Shown here: positions 35,952-53,834 of the stretch, piece by piece | Layout of the letters: each line of letters starts with the position of its first letter | Numbering within the stretch: the stretch's first letter is position 1 | Source: the human T2T-CHM13v2.0 reference genome, Homo sapiens | Direction: 5' to 3' (one strand) | Assembly (NCBI RefSeq): GCF_009914755.1 | Contig: NC_060926.1 | Length of the DNA: 64,000 bases | Position numbers and translations under genes: made by a program | Notes under the pieces: generated by a model | What the model was told of the DNA's origin: nothing | Seen by the model: only the letters and a program-made list of their open reading frames with translations | The model's database searches: none

Positions 35952-36449
35952 TGTGGTAGGCTGAATGATGCCCCCATCCCACGGTTGCCTATGTCCTAAT
36001 CCCTGGAACCTGTGAATGCCACCTTATATGACAAAAGGGACTTTGCAGATGTGATCAAGTTAAGAATCTCGAGCTGGGGGAGATTATCCTGGATAATCCA
36101 GGTGGGCCTGATATAATCTCAAGGGTCATTATAAGAGGGACGCAGGAGGATCAGAGTCGGACAGAAGGGGACGTGATGATGGAAGCAGAGGGACAGAGAC
36201 AAAGAGATCTGAAGATGCCCTGCTGCTGGCTTTGAAGATAGAGAAGGGGGCACAAGCCAAAGGATGGAGGTGGCTTCTGGAAGCTGGAAAGCCTGAGGAA
36301 ATGAATGCTCCCCAGAACCCCCAGAAGGAATGCAGCCATGCAGAACTATTGCAGACTTCTGAGCTCCAGAACTCAGATAATAAGCGTGTGCTGTTTTAAG
36401 CCACTAAATTGTGGTAACTTGTTACAGCAGCCACAGGAAGCCAAGACAG
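35952..36449 (+). mobile_element. MLT1 (MLT1D-like) MaLR LTR
   Basis: tgtggtaggctgaatgatgcccc...gggactttgcagatgtgat...ttgttacagcagccacaggaa. Confidence 0.85.
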
Positions 36450-37850
36450 TGTCCTTCAAATAATTCTCTTTTTCCTCATCCCCCTGAGTGTCTGTGGTCT
36501 CCTAGGCTCTGTGCTCTACCCTCTTCTCACTGGATATGCTGCCCCTGGACAATTTCATCAACTCTTGTGGTTTTAACTGTCACCTGTCGACTAGATATGC
36601 CCCAATTTTCAGCACTTTGGTTCAAAAATCAGCACTGCTAGAGACCAAGGCCAGTGGAACGGCCCAAAGCATGGGGCTCAGCCCCAGGTAGGGACAGGCT
36701 CTGAGAGCAGAGGCAGCCAGCTGGTGTTCCCCGAGGTCTGTGCTTCCTGAGTGCAGTCCTTGGAGTCCAGCAGATGGGGCTGCCCAGGGCCAGCAGGGAT
36801 GGTGTCCTGGGGCCAGCAAGGACTAGACTTTCCCAGGAGTCCTTAAAACCACAGCCAGTTTTGCAAAGAGTCTTGAAGGGGGGACTGTGTAATGTGGGTG
36901 GACAGGAGAGTATGTCATAGATCTGGGGAATTACTATGCCTTGGCTGGTAGTCAGGAGGTTGGCAGGACATGATCAAGTTAAGATGGGATGGACTGTGCC
37001 TCTGGCTACAGTGAAAACTGCTCTAGGGAATTGCTATAAACAAGGACAGTGGGGAGAAAGGGACAGGCAATGGTAAACTCAAAACCATATGGTTGGCAAG
37101 ATCTGCTTTCCAGCTAGGACTTGTCTTAAATTTGGGCAATGTTCTTTGGTGCTGATTTTTCTACCCAGATTAAGTCTAGTGAAGCAAAGAAGCAGTTCTC
37201 CTTTCTCTTTGTAGGTAAATGCAGCAAAAAGGCCTTCAGTCCTTGAACTGCGAGAAAGTTGGGTTTTATGTATGCCCAGTATTTTTAACTATAGTTCTGT
37301 CACTGACAGCAGGAAGTTGGTTGGTTCAGAAGGCACACCTATAGAAGAGGGAATGGCTATCTTCTGTTTGGAGAGACTTGGCCTGTGATAAGACCGGGAG
37401 AGAGCTGTTCCTGCAAGGCCAATCTTTGGAGTTTTACTCTCTATTGACCCTTAGTAACCCTCAGTTTTCACACCATTTTGCCTCCTAGCTGCCTATACTA
37501 CAGGGTGGGTGATCACTCCAGCAAGCTTGGTGCCCTTTGTTGTATATAAAAAGCTGAAACTTTGATCTTGAAAGGGTGGCCCTAGCAGTGCCCCCGGCCT
37601 TTGAAATGTCACATGTTCGAAATCTTCAGTTTTTTGCTATGGCGACTTTCCTCATCATTGCTATATCTTAAAAACAAAAAAACAAAACCAAATAACCAAA
37701 CAAACAAACAAAAAACCATGATCTTTCATGATCTCATGCATTAGAACTCGCATTTTAATAAAAGTCATCTGTAAAGTCTGAGTTCTCAGTTGTAGGGGTG
37801 AAACAGATAGGAGTTCCTGTTGTATTATGGATTTAAAGAAATAGTGACCA

Positions 37851-38251
<401 letters not shown>

Positions 38252-39350
38252 CTAACTGTGACAGGTGAGGCAGGTAGAGCTTTGGTCATACCAAGCCTAC
38301 AAGGCAGGTGCTTGGGTTACCCCTATTTGAAAGACAGGGAAACTGAGGCACAAGGAGCTTTAAGTAAGCTGGGACAAGTAAGCTTGTCCCAGATCACCCT
38401 ACTAATAATTAGGATTCAAATATGTGGTCTGGCTCCAAACCCCTTCTTGTAATCATAGCACTACACTGCCTCTTTAAGAGGGAAAAGGGCTTACTCGCTC
38501 TAAAACCGGAGAGTCCCAACCTCATCTCAGCCAGACATTGGCACATTTCAAGGTGGACTTCCGCAATAGGTGTGGTCCTTTGACCAGGGCCCCCGGGAAA
38601 AACCCCATCAGACCCTCTGAATCACTGTCACCAAAATTTCCAGCTTGGCCCCCTCATGTCAACCCCTGGAAGATTCAGGAACCACATAGGGTGGGCTCTC
38701 TAGGAGCTGCCCCAACAGGGACCCACGGACAGCGCTCCCTGACCAGGTGACCTAGCTGGGCTGCTGCGACTGCGCTTTCATACTTCCAGCCTCAGGGAAG
38801 GGAAGCATCTCCCCACAAGCTGTCAAACCAAGGGATCCTAAGGAGGCTCGAGATCCTGGTACCAAAAAGGTGCTTATTTTATTAGATAGCCCTGTTGCAC
38901 ACACCACTTCTCCACGGGAGATCGGGGACTGGCATTAAGTGCAGTCTTACTAGAATATCTAACAGAGCAAGAGTCCTGGCAGCCCGAGGGAATGGAATGG
39001 TCAACAGCCCGAGCCTCAAGTCTGCAACCTCCTAGGCAGTCCTGGGCCCCAGAGGGCAAACAGCATGCTCCAGAGATGGAGCCATGCTACCCTTGGTTCA
39101 AGCCCAAACCACCCCAGTTCTCCCCTTCAGAGGAAGTGGCTGTCCATCCATCCAGCCTTGACGGACCTCCCTGACCAAGAACATGCTTCCCTAGCTTTTT
39201 CCCAAGGTTCTGCGAGAGCTTTCTTCCCCTGACCCTGCCTCAGAACATTTCTATAGCTGTGGGACCAGTTTACCCTGGGCCAAGTACATGCGACCTGTAG
39301 ATCCCCTGCCCCAGAGTAGGGGGAGCGGGCACTTAAGGATGCAGGTACCT

Positions 39351-39650
<300 letters not shown>

Positions 39651-39965
39651 ATGCAGATACCTAAGCCCAACCCCTAGAGAGTTTGTTCAGTAGGATGGCA
39701 GTAGGCTGGAGTGGCTCAGAAATCTGTATTTTAAACAAGCTCCCTAGGTAGTTCTGATACACATTAAAATGTAAAGAGCTAAGATCATGCGACCCAGTGT
39801 GAGAATTCCCAAGCCTGAGGCTCAGCTCCACCTGTCGCAAGCGGGTTGAGCTGAAATAATTCACTTGCTCCCTTTAAGCCTCAGTTTTTTCATCTCTCTA
39901 ATGGGAGCAACACATGTTCTGCTAAACTCACTAGTTTGCTGAAAATCGTATCAGATAATGGATGT

Positions 39966-40215
39966 TGTGATCAGCTGGAAAATGATGCGTCAATAGGTGT
40001 CTCCATCTTAATCCCTGGAACCTCTGCACGTTACCTTATATGGAAACAGGGTCTTGGCGGCTGTGATTAAATTAAGGACTAACTTAATTTGAGATTGGGA
40101 GATTATCTTGGATTTTCCAGGTGGGTCTAAATGCAATCACAAGCATTTTATTAGAGATAAGCAGAGGGAGATTTGACACACAGAGGAGAAGATGATGTCA
40201 AGACTGAGGCAGAGA
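39966..40215 (+). mobile_element. MLT1 LTR 5' fragment
   Basis: taatccctggaacc...ttaccttatatgg...gggagattatcttggatt. Confidence 0.75.
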
Positions 40216-40788
40216 CAACACAGAGACAGCTAACACTGACGTGTTAAGCAGTGAGTGCCACAGAAATATTTACTGCTGTTATTACTTAGACTGTAGGTGT
40301 TAACTGGGCCTGGCCTCGCCATTCCTGATGAAAACTCCTATGTCTATGAATAGCCTCTTCTAGAACTCGGGCTTTGTGATGTCTTTCGGATATTTTGAAG
40401 GCTTCCAACAGAACAAGGCATGCATTAAACGAAAGCAAATAAGCTTTACTACAACCATATCTGAAATGTGTTTTCCTGATCAAGTGGGATGGGAAAGAAC
40501 AGTGAGTGGAGTCCCAGGCATGTTAAGAATGGCGTGCTGTTTTTTAAGTGGTGAGTGGAATGTATTTGTACATTGCCCCAGCAAATACTGCTGTTCAATG
40601 ATTGTGTGGTGCTGAATCCTGTAGGGTCATAAAAAGTCTAAGCCTCTTAGAATAAGAACCTTACTAATAATATGCCTTGAGTTCACACAGTTCCTGTTAC
40701 TCCAGGAGCTCAGGGAGCTTTTCTGAATCTTCTCTACTTTATTCATGTTCCTAGGAGGTGATAGATACATTTTAAAGAAAAGGAAACA

Positions 40789-41078
40789 GGCCAGGTGCGG
40801 TGGCTCATGCCTGTAATCCCAGCACTTTGGGAGGCCAAGGCAGGCAGATTGCTTGAGACCAGGAGTTTGAGACCAGCCTGGTCAACATGGCAAAACCCCG
40901 TCTCTACTAAAAATACAAAAATTATCCAGGTGTGGTGGCGGGCACCTGTAATCCTAGCTTTTTGGGAGGCTGAGGCATGAGAATTGCTTGAACCCAGGAG
41001 GCAGAGGTTGCAGCAAACCAAGATGGCGCCACTGCACTCCAGCTTGGGCAGCAGGGCGAGACTGTCTCAAAAAAAAAA
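40789..41078 (+). mobile_element. AluS
   Basis: Sense Alu dimer. Confidence 0.92.
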
Positions 41079-41809
41079 TTTTTTTTTTTTTTGAAGATTC
41101 GAAACTAATATGTCAGGGAAGAGGAGTACAGAAGAACACACATCCAGGGACTCATGGAGCCGCAGAAGGAGAGAGCAAGGGAGTTTTCCAGTGAGGTTAG
41201 CAGCTGTGGCTGACCCGCTTGGGACAGATTCAGGAGAAACTGCTGACCTGGTCTGGAATGAGGCCTTCTGTGGTTTTAGGAAAGGGATTACCACTTATGT
41301 TTTCTACCTCGCACCACCTCAGGGGTAGCTGCAGAACTCTCATTTTTAAAAATTTGATTTTAATGTCAATTCTGACCTTACAGCCAGGGATAATGATTGA
41401 AATATTTAACAGCATAGACAGCAGGGATAATGAGGACAGACGCTGGCCGTGAGCAGCTGCACTGGCTGTGTGACTTGACTGGCCTCAGTCCTATGGCGCC
41501 ACGGCTCGCTGAGGAAGAGGAAAGTCAAAGTTGAACGTGGAGGGGTCTTGGTGTCCCCGTTCCACCAGGATCAGGAATGGGTTCCAAGGGGCATGGGTGT
41601 AGGGAGGCGAGAGGAAGAGAGTAGGCGGGACTGCCCGTCAGCCCCTGCCTGCGGCTCCCAGGCGTGGCTTCCCAGGTGTGGGCCTCAGACTGGCCCACTG
41701 AGATTCCCCAGCCTCTTCCAGGACAGACTCAGCATGTCTGGGAGGGGTGGGGGACAGAAACCAGTGTGGTCAGCAGCGCCCTGTGACTCTGCTGTCTGGA
41801 AGTGTTTGA

Positions 41810-42158
<349 letters not shown>

Positions 42159-42309
42159 CCTCTTAATAAAATAATACTAAGGTGCCTGTTGCCCACTTTC
42201 TCATCCACCTCTTGTTCTCTAACAATATCATCCCCTGCTCCCCAGCAGCAATGCTCCTGGGTCATCTAGCCTGAGGCTAGAGGAAGCAGAAGGCAGGAAT
42301 AAAAACTGG

Positions 42310-43090
<781 letters not shown>

Positions 43091-43094
43091 AAGT

Positions 43095-43172
43095 TGGAGG
43101 CCAAGGTGGGAGGATTGCTTGATCCCAGGAGTTTGAGACCAGCCTGGACAACACAATGAGACCCTGTCTCTA

Positions 43173-43215
<43 letters not shown>

Positions 43216-43400
43216 GGGCGTGGTGGTTCACACCTGTAATCCCAGCAATTTGGGAGGCCAAGGCGGGCGGATCATGACATCAGGAGATGGAGACCATCCT
43301 GGCTAACATGGTGAAACCCCGTCTCAACTAAAAATACAAAACCAGCCAGGCATCGTGGCTGTAGTCCCAGCTACTAGGGAGGCTGAGGTGGGAGAATCAG
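43095..43400 (+). mobile_element. Alu monomer fragment with a long A-tract, followed by a truncated Alu
   Basis: ggaggccaaggtgggagg...A38...ggcagggcgtggtgg. Confidence 0.85.
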
Positions 43401-44521
43401 ACTCCCAAACCAGTGAACATTAATTTTGGCCATTCATTCTCCTAATGTACATTTGAGTCTACACAGTCACTACATGCTGGGGACAAAGTCTGTGTTTGTT
43501 TCTTTCTCTTTATTATTGGCCTCTTTTTTTCATCATTTCTTTTATTAAAATTCATGCAGTCTTACACACACAGGGAGTCTTAATCTGCCTCATAATATTC
43601 GAAGTAGACATAGTATATATTTTTGAAACTTTAAAAGAACCTCAGTGACAACCGGGCTGCTTGTTTTGCACATGGGAAAACCAAAACATAAAAAGAAGTT
43701 AAATGTCTCATTCAAAGTCCACACCTCCTAATGCAGAGCTAGATCTGCATTTAGAACCTGCTAGAGCTGTGTGTCTCCTTTGAGTGGACAGACACCCTGA
43801 CCGGACCAGCCTTTGGCTGTGAGGAGTGCAGCCGGGGAACATGCTGCCGGTGGCTAAGGGCAGTGATGCACCCAAACTTAACTTCAGCCAAACGTGGCTT
43901 CAGCACCTCAAGTCTGTTCCAGCCTTGGGGGCTTATGAAGGCCAGGCAGCCGAAGGCCGACTTCAGCCTTCTTTCTGGAACTCTCCTGAACTTGTACGTA
44001 ATCGATGATCTTGTGATCACGTGGATTACCACTGTGCCTCTTCTGCGTCACCACATCAGTCATGCCAGCAATGCCACTTGGATTTATTGCTAACATCGGA
44101 ATATTCACTCCCAAATATATGAATCCATTTTAGATGTAGCTTGGAAGGAAAGATCTCCTTATTTGCTTGTATGTTGGGATTCTCTCAGTCAACAGAAAAT
44201 AGCTGTTGTATTTATTATTGTAAGAATAAAACACTACAATAATTAATGATGTTTGTGGAAGCTGCTAATTTTCATCCAGAAAAAGTTATTAACAACTTTT
44301 AAGTTGTTAAATACAGACACAAATTGACAATACTAAATATTATGAGAGTCCACTAACTAGATACTTTTGGGAAGAATACTATATCCTTTTTGACCCAACA
44401 CATGTTTATAAAAATTAAATAATAATAGAGGGCTGAATAATGGAGAATATATTTTATTGTGAATCTAACCTTTTTAGTTGTTTGGGGGTACTAGATTAAT
44501 AACAGTAAACCAAATAAGCTA

Positions 44522-45151
<630 letters not shown>

Positions 45152-45316
45152 TTAGTAATTTAACTTCATTTAGTTCATGACTGTTGCTTCTCTGCAGGAC
45201 TCAGTTGAAATTAAGTCTCTATTTAGAATTGCAAATGTGCAGCACCCTGGTGCAGGAGGAATCTAGCTGCCCAGGATGCCGATCAAGACCTACTGAACTG
45301 AAATGGCAAACTTTAA

Positions 45317-45667
<351 letters not shown>

Positions 45668-46125
45668 TAACAATAAAGTGTAATTACATTTTAAAGTCAA
45701 ATTTCAGATTTGTTCTTGTGTCCTCGAATTCATTGAGGGTGGTGCTCCTGCTTCGTCGCTGGCTTTCACTCAGGTTCCGTATTATTCCTAACAGCCTCCC
45801 CGCCCCCGTGTGTTTGTGCAGCTCTGGATGGAGCGATGAGGGCAGGTGCTTCTGTGAGCCCTTTCATGTTCCCTTCTCTTCTGTCCTCTGCTCCCGCAGC
45901 AGGGGAGGCCTGAGAAGGGCCATGGTTTCCAATCTTATTGTGCAACAGGAGAGGCGAGCGGGATTGGGAACTCATCTCCCCAGTGTGCTCTGCAAGGCCG
46001 GCCAAGCTGGCTCCAGGATGCGTGGTTCCCATGGCTTGACCATGGCAGGGGGTCTGGGGATGCCCAGCAGTGAGAAGCATGGTGGGTCACCTCTCTCGTG
46101 TGTTTCTCTCCTTCCTCCCTGATAG

Positions 46126-46247
46126 TTTGTGAAGTTTGCCAACATCGAGGAGGACACCCCGTCCTATCACCGGAGCTATGACTTCTTTGTGTCCCGATTC
46201 AGTGAAATGTGCCACTCGAGCCATGATGACTTAGAAATCAAGACCAA
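46126..46247 (+). CDS. EFR3B: EFR3B exon 5 (122 nt): FVKFANIEEDTPSYHRSYDFFVSRFSEMCHSSHDDLEIKTK
   Basis: Polypyrimidine tract plus gatag|TTT ... AA|gtgagt. Confidence 0.97.
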
Positions 46248-46315
46248 GTGAGTAGGGGAAGGCAAGGGTAGTTGGTTCAGCTTACAGCAGAAGCAACGGT
46301 GGGTCCTGTAGATAA

Positions 46316-46774
<459 letters not shown>

Positions 46775-46969
46775 TAAGATAACAGTCCTTTGAGCCCAAT
46801 TTGAGAGCCAGTGACAGAACACACATGTGTACACACACACAGCCCTCCATACACTCTTTTGTTCAGAATTATATGCATTTATACTCCAGAAACACACCCA
46901 CTCACCATTAACCATCAAAATCTACACCTACCAATAAAGAGCCAAAGTTCACACTTTGGCTGATCCCAG

Positions 46970-47400
46970 CTGCATTCTCCACTCCATCTCCTTGGCCCTC
47001 CTGCTTGCTCGTTCCCCTCCAGCACACCACAGACACTGCCTCAGGGCCTTTGCACAGTCTGTGCTTGTGCTGGGAATGCTTCCTCCAGGGATCTGCATGG
47101 CTCACTGCATCGCCTCTGTCAAACCTTTGCTCAAATGTCCCCTTGTCAGTGAAGCTGCCCTGCACACCCCCACATGCCCACTCCTCCCTCACTCTGCCGG
47201 GGTTTCTTTCCCCTTTTAACATGTTTCATACATTACTCTCTGTGTTTCTTGTTCACCACCTGTCTCTTCCCACTGGGATGTAAGCTCTGTGAGGGCAGGG
47301 TCCGTCGTTTTACTCACGGATGCATCCCAAGCACTAACACTGCCTGGAGAGCAGTGGCACTTGACAAATTCTTGTTGAGTGAATAACAGAATGAATGAAC
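46970..47400 (+). mobile_element. L2 3' end fragment
   Basis: cctcagggcctttgcac...tgtaagctctgtgagggcaggg...gaatgaatgaa. Confidence 0.8.
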
Positions 47401-47534
47401 ACCCTCAGACAAGCATCTTGCCTTACGGGATACGCTTTTACATACACATACTCCAATTTATAAAAACACTTAGCTCACAGAAGCATACTTGGACATAGAA
47501 GCAAAATCTCTCAAATAAAATCACAGAGAAATTG

Positions 47535-47833
<299 letters not shown>

Positions 47834-48725
47834 TCACAAAGAAATTAAAATGAATATATGCTTCCAAGGCAGTAGACCGACTCCTGGGCAGGGCCCGGTG
47901 CAACTGTGTGGCATTGTCTGGGTTCCCCCAGTCCCCGAGACTCTCATAAGCCAGGTGTGGACTCTGCAGCTGCCCTGCCTGAGTGCCTCTGGTGAGGCCA
48001 GAGTGGGGTATGGGAGGAAGGAGCCCCTCATCCTCTCCCAGAATTAGCTTCCTGAGTCACCACCATTGCAAAATGGCTATGAAGAGCCAGAGGGGCTGGA
48101 GCTGTGGGGGCATGTCCAGAAGCAGGTGTTAGGGGAGGTATAGGACCATGGCCACATATGTCTGTAACACATGCTGCCCACGCAGGCCCTGCCAAGCTGT
48201 CCCAGGGTGGTGGGGGAGTGGATGGGCCACTCATGCCACTGCACACACGTGCACACACGCACACATGCACACAGACACATGTGCACATACACATGATCTG
48301 TAGTGTGTGATGTGGTCAGCACTGTGTTCCAGCAGGATCAGGAGTTTCCTGAACATCAGGAGGAAGGCTGCTGAGGTTGGCTCCCAGCCACCAGCAGTGC
48401 CATTACACCCACAGGCTGGCGCTGGTCACCCATGACAGGAAGGCCTGTGGGTGAGAGAGGGTGGAGGAGGGATCTTCTGGTGTCAATTTTCTTCCTTCCT
48501 CCTCTTCTTGCCTTTCTCTTCCGTCCCCTCCCTGCACCCCTTTTTCCCTGAGATCTCTCCTGTTGTTCATTCTCAGCCTTTTTAGACTCAGCTGACCCGG
48601 TGGCAGCTGTGCTGGGCTGTCCACACACATAGCATCATTTTGGTCTAGGAACCCAGAGGCTGCCTCTGAATGCCATTGACTGCCCTTTCCAGTAACACCC
48701 TTGGGTCCAGCAGTGGGCCTGTGCA

Positions 48726-48730
<5 letters not shown>

Positions 48731-48784
<54 letters not shown>
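48731..48784. repeat. Perfect (GT)27 microsatellite
   Basis: Counted directly. Confidence 0.97.
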
Positions 48785-48786
<2 letters not shown>

Positions 48787-48818
48787 TTCCTCAGGGTCAG
48801 TGGATCAGTATTATCTGA

Positions 48819-49530
<712 letters not shown>

Positions 49531-50119
49531 AATAGGAAGAGTAAGAAGCTTCCTCCCCCTCCAGGCCTGATCTTTCTGAACTTCTTTTGAAAGGCACGGT
49601 CAGCTCTGGGTGTCACAGAATGAATCGTGCATTTGTGGAAGGGATTCTGGGGAGACTGAAGGTGAAGGAGTGCAAGGTAGTTAGGAAAAGAAGAAAGATT
49701 AATTCACATGTACACATAAGGGAGCCCTGGGTAGAAGTTTTTCTGCCAACCAGGCGTTGTTTCCTGCCAGCCAGGCCCACTTGGACGGGACAAACGAGTC
49801 CAGCATGCTGGGGATGTGTGTCACTTGTCCCTTGGTTAGGGAGTGCCTTTTTAAACTGGAACTAAGAAGAGTCAGCAGGACAGTATTCCTGATCGTTCAT
49901 TCCCAAGTCCGGACAGCTGCCAGCTCAGGGTCTTGAATGTGGTCAGGGTCAGGACAGCGTGGCCAGGTGCTTCCAGGGAATCCTTGCCCATCGCCAGTGG
50001 CCCTAAAAGTTTCTGGGCCAGGGTATCCTGTTTCTCCTAGGCTGCTGCCACCTCCAGCCACAGTTCCTCGGTAAGACCCAGGGTAGCACCCTGGCAACCC
50101 CAGTTAAAACCAAAGTTAA

Positions 50120-50395
50120 GGCCAGGCACGGTGGCTTACGCCTGTAATCCCAGCACTTTGGGAGGCCAAGGCGGGAGGATCACAAGGTCAGCAGATCGAG
50201 ACCATCCTGGCTAACACGGTGAAACCCTGTCTCTACTAAAAATACAAAAAAATAGCCAGGCGTGGTGGCGGGCGCCTGTAGTCCCAGCTACTGGGGAGGC
50301 TGAGGCAGGAGAATGGCGTGAACCCGGGAGGCGGAGGTTGCTGTGAGCCGAGATCGTGCCTGGGTGACAGAGCGAGACTCCGTCTCAAAAAAAAA
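50120..50395 (+). mobile_element. AluY-like
   Basis: gaatggcgtgaacccggg. TSD-like aaaac..aagttaa. Confidence 0.9.
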
Positions 50396-50643
50396 CGAAG
50401 TTAAAAATGCAACTGGCAACTCAACCTTGAGAAAAACTGCTCATCTCCAATAATCACAAAAGGATTTGAATTGAAATAGCTACAAAATGTGAGGATTTTT
50501 TGGAGTCATAAAATTAGAACAGATGTTTAAAATGAGATCCTCAATACTGCCACAGGCACTGTGAGAGTGGCATTCTCCTGCGGCTTGCGCATGGGCAGGG
50601 GGTGGGGGCAGTTATTTTGGCAAATTGGGAGCCTTTCATTTCC

Positions 50644-51247
50644 TTTTTTGAGACAGAGTTTCACTCTTTCATCCGGGCTGGAGTGCAGTGCCATGATCTC
50701 ACATGATCTCAGCTCACTGCAACCTTTGCCTCCCAGGCTCAATCAGTACTTCCACCCCAGCCTCCTGAGTATCTGTGACTACAGGTGCGCACCACCATAC
50801 CTGGCTAATTTCTTTCTTTTTTTTTTTTTTGAGACAGGGTCTTACTCTTTCGCCTAGGCAGGAGTGCAGTGGCATGATCTCCGCTTACTGTAACCTCCAC
50901 CTCCTGGGTTCAAGCAATTCTTTCACCTCAACCTCCCGAGTAGCTGGGATTACAGGTGCCTGCTACCATGCCTGGCTAATTTTTGTATTGTTAGTAGAGA
51001 CGGGGTTTCACCATGTTGACCAGGCTGTTCTCAAACTCCTGACCTCAGGTGATCCACCCACCTCGGCCTCCCAAAGTGCTGGGATTACAGGCGTGAGTCA
51101 CCGCGCCCGGCCTAATGTTTTAATTTTTTGTAGAGATGAGATTTTGCCATGTTGCCCAGGCTGGTCTCGAACTCCTGAGCTCAAGCTATATACTGGCCTT
51201 GCCTCCCAAAGTGCTGGGGTTACAGGTGTGAGCCACTGTGTCTGGCT
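50644..51247 (-). mobile_element. AluJ interrupted at its linker by an AluS
   Basis: Inner Alu about 50810-51112. Confidence 0.87.
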
Positions 51248-51364
51248 GCCTTTTATTTCTTACCTTTTGACTCATTGATTCCACTCATGGCAATGACTTG
51301 AAACATAGTAAAATATTTCATACAATGATGCCCATCATAGCATTATTATAAAAGTGAAACGTTT

Positions 51365-51698
<334 letters not shown>

Positions 51699-52636
51699 CT
51701 AATAGTCACTAGTTTAGAAAGGTCTTATGATAGTCTATCAGGCAACCATTCAACATGTTTATGAAGAGTTAATGACATAGGAAAATGCATAGAATGTATG
51801 TGAAAAAAGCCAATACAAATAAAATATGCAATAGGTTCTTAATTCTGTTATATATTATGCACAGAAGAAAGGAATTACATCAAAATGCCAATAACAGTTA
51901 TGTTTGATAACAAAGATAACAGTGGTAGTGGTGGTGGTAGTGGTAAATCTTCTCTTCTCTATACTTTTCTATGATTAGTATGTATTATTTTATAACCAGA
52001 AAAAAGGTTTTATAAAAAAGAAAGAAAGAAACTTCAGTCTGAAATAAATGGCTAGTAAAGAGGGCTCCCTCCCACAGAGCTGTGCTGACCCTGGGTTCAC
52101 ATAGCAGGGACTGGGGGTGTACAAAAGGGGCTCCTGCTGTGCTGTTACTCAGTTTCCCCTCTGGTTAACCCTAGCTCCAAGCCGACACCCCTTTGTGCCC
52201 AGAGAGCCTGCAGCTCTGTGCCTCTCCCTCTGGATCCGCCTCCCCCTGCCCCCGCAAGTTGCTCACAGCCTCGGATTCTGCTTCATCAGTTCTTGGCAGC
52301 GTTTTGAGCTCTTACATCTTGGGCCCAAGCTGGAACAACCCCAGCTAAGTACTAAAGATGGGGAGCTGGAGCATCCAGCACCCTAGGGCTGGAGCCCAGA
52401 TGGTACCAGGGCAAGGGCAGCCTGGGAGTCTCCAAGATGATTAAAAAGACATGGCTTCCTGGGCTCATGTCTGCCAGCACCAGGAGGTCTCATGAGAGTA
52501 GCAGCTGGTCTCCATTCTGCCTTCTGATGGACAAATGTATCCCTGACTCCTAAGCTGTGCTCTTCTCTTAGCCACCGAAGCTGGACTTCTCAGGGCTAGA
52601 GGACTTCCGAGTCCCACTTCACCCTTTTCCTTACAG

Positions 52637-52786
52637 AATTCGAATGTCAGGCATCAAAGGCCTGCAAGGGGTGGTGAGGAAGACGGTGAATGATGAACTG
52701 CAGGCCAATATCTGGGACCCACAGCACATGGATAAGATCGTTCCATCACTGCTTTTCAATCTACAGCATGTAGAGGAGGCAGAGAG
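52637..52786 (+). CDS. EFR3B: EFR3B exon 6 (150 nt): IRMSGIKGLQGVVRKTVNDELQANIWDPQHMDKIVPSLLFNLQHVEEAE
   Basis: ttacag|A ... AG|gtaagc. Confidence 0.97.
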
Positions 52787-53130
52787 GTAAGCAGGCCGGG
52801 ATGGGGCAGGACAGTAGATATAATCAACCCTCCAAGGGCTGCTTGGGAACCACATGGTTTGGGTTGGTCAGTAAAACTCAGCTACAAGGCCAGGGACATG
52901 GCTTTGTGGCTTGTTCTGCAGTGAGTCCAAAGCTGGCTCCCTAGAAGCCATGGGTCTGACTTTGTGCCAGCCCACAGTGTCCCTTAACATGTGCGTTACC
53001 GAAGGAGGACAGTGTTGGTGCTGGGCTCCCTGGTGGGTAAATCTGTTGGTAATAACACACAGAACCAAGAGTCTGGTTACCTTTGTCTCCCTGGAAGCAG
53101 GGCCAAGGAGGCTTTAAGATGCCTTTTGTG

Positions 53131-53455
<325 letters not shown>

Positions 53456-53770
53456 TGCCTTTCATGGCTCCGATCACTGCGGACTTTCCATCTGGACCTT
53501 CCTTCCTCTGTTGCTTCCTGATGCTATTTCAGGCCCTGAAAACGTGCATGCTTGACCAGCCCGCAGCCACTCAGTAAGAGCTTGCAGATACTGGGTTTTA
53601 ATCCTGGATCCCCTAAGCATGGGATTCATTCCTGTCCCTGCACCCTCATTTTTCCCCTCGGTGAAATGGAATGGGGAGAAAGGCCCACGTTGCTGTCCCA
53701 CCTGGGCTATCTGTGCACTAGGCTAGTTAGGTCGGTTGATCCCAGGCTACTAGAGCTAGACTCGGGTCGA

Positions 53771-53834
53771 CGGGGGCGGGGGCGGGGGCGGGGGCGGGGG
53801 CGGGGCGTGGGGTGGGGCGTGGGGTGGGGTGGGG
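53771..53834 (+). repeat. (CGGGGG)5 plus GGGGT/GGGGC G-run repeat
   Basis: Directly visible; eleven runs of at least 4 G. Confidence 0.93.
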
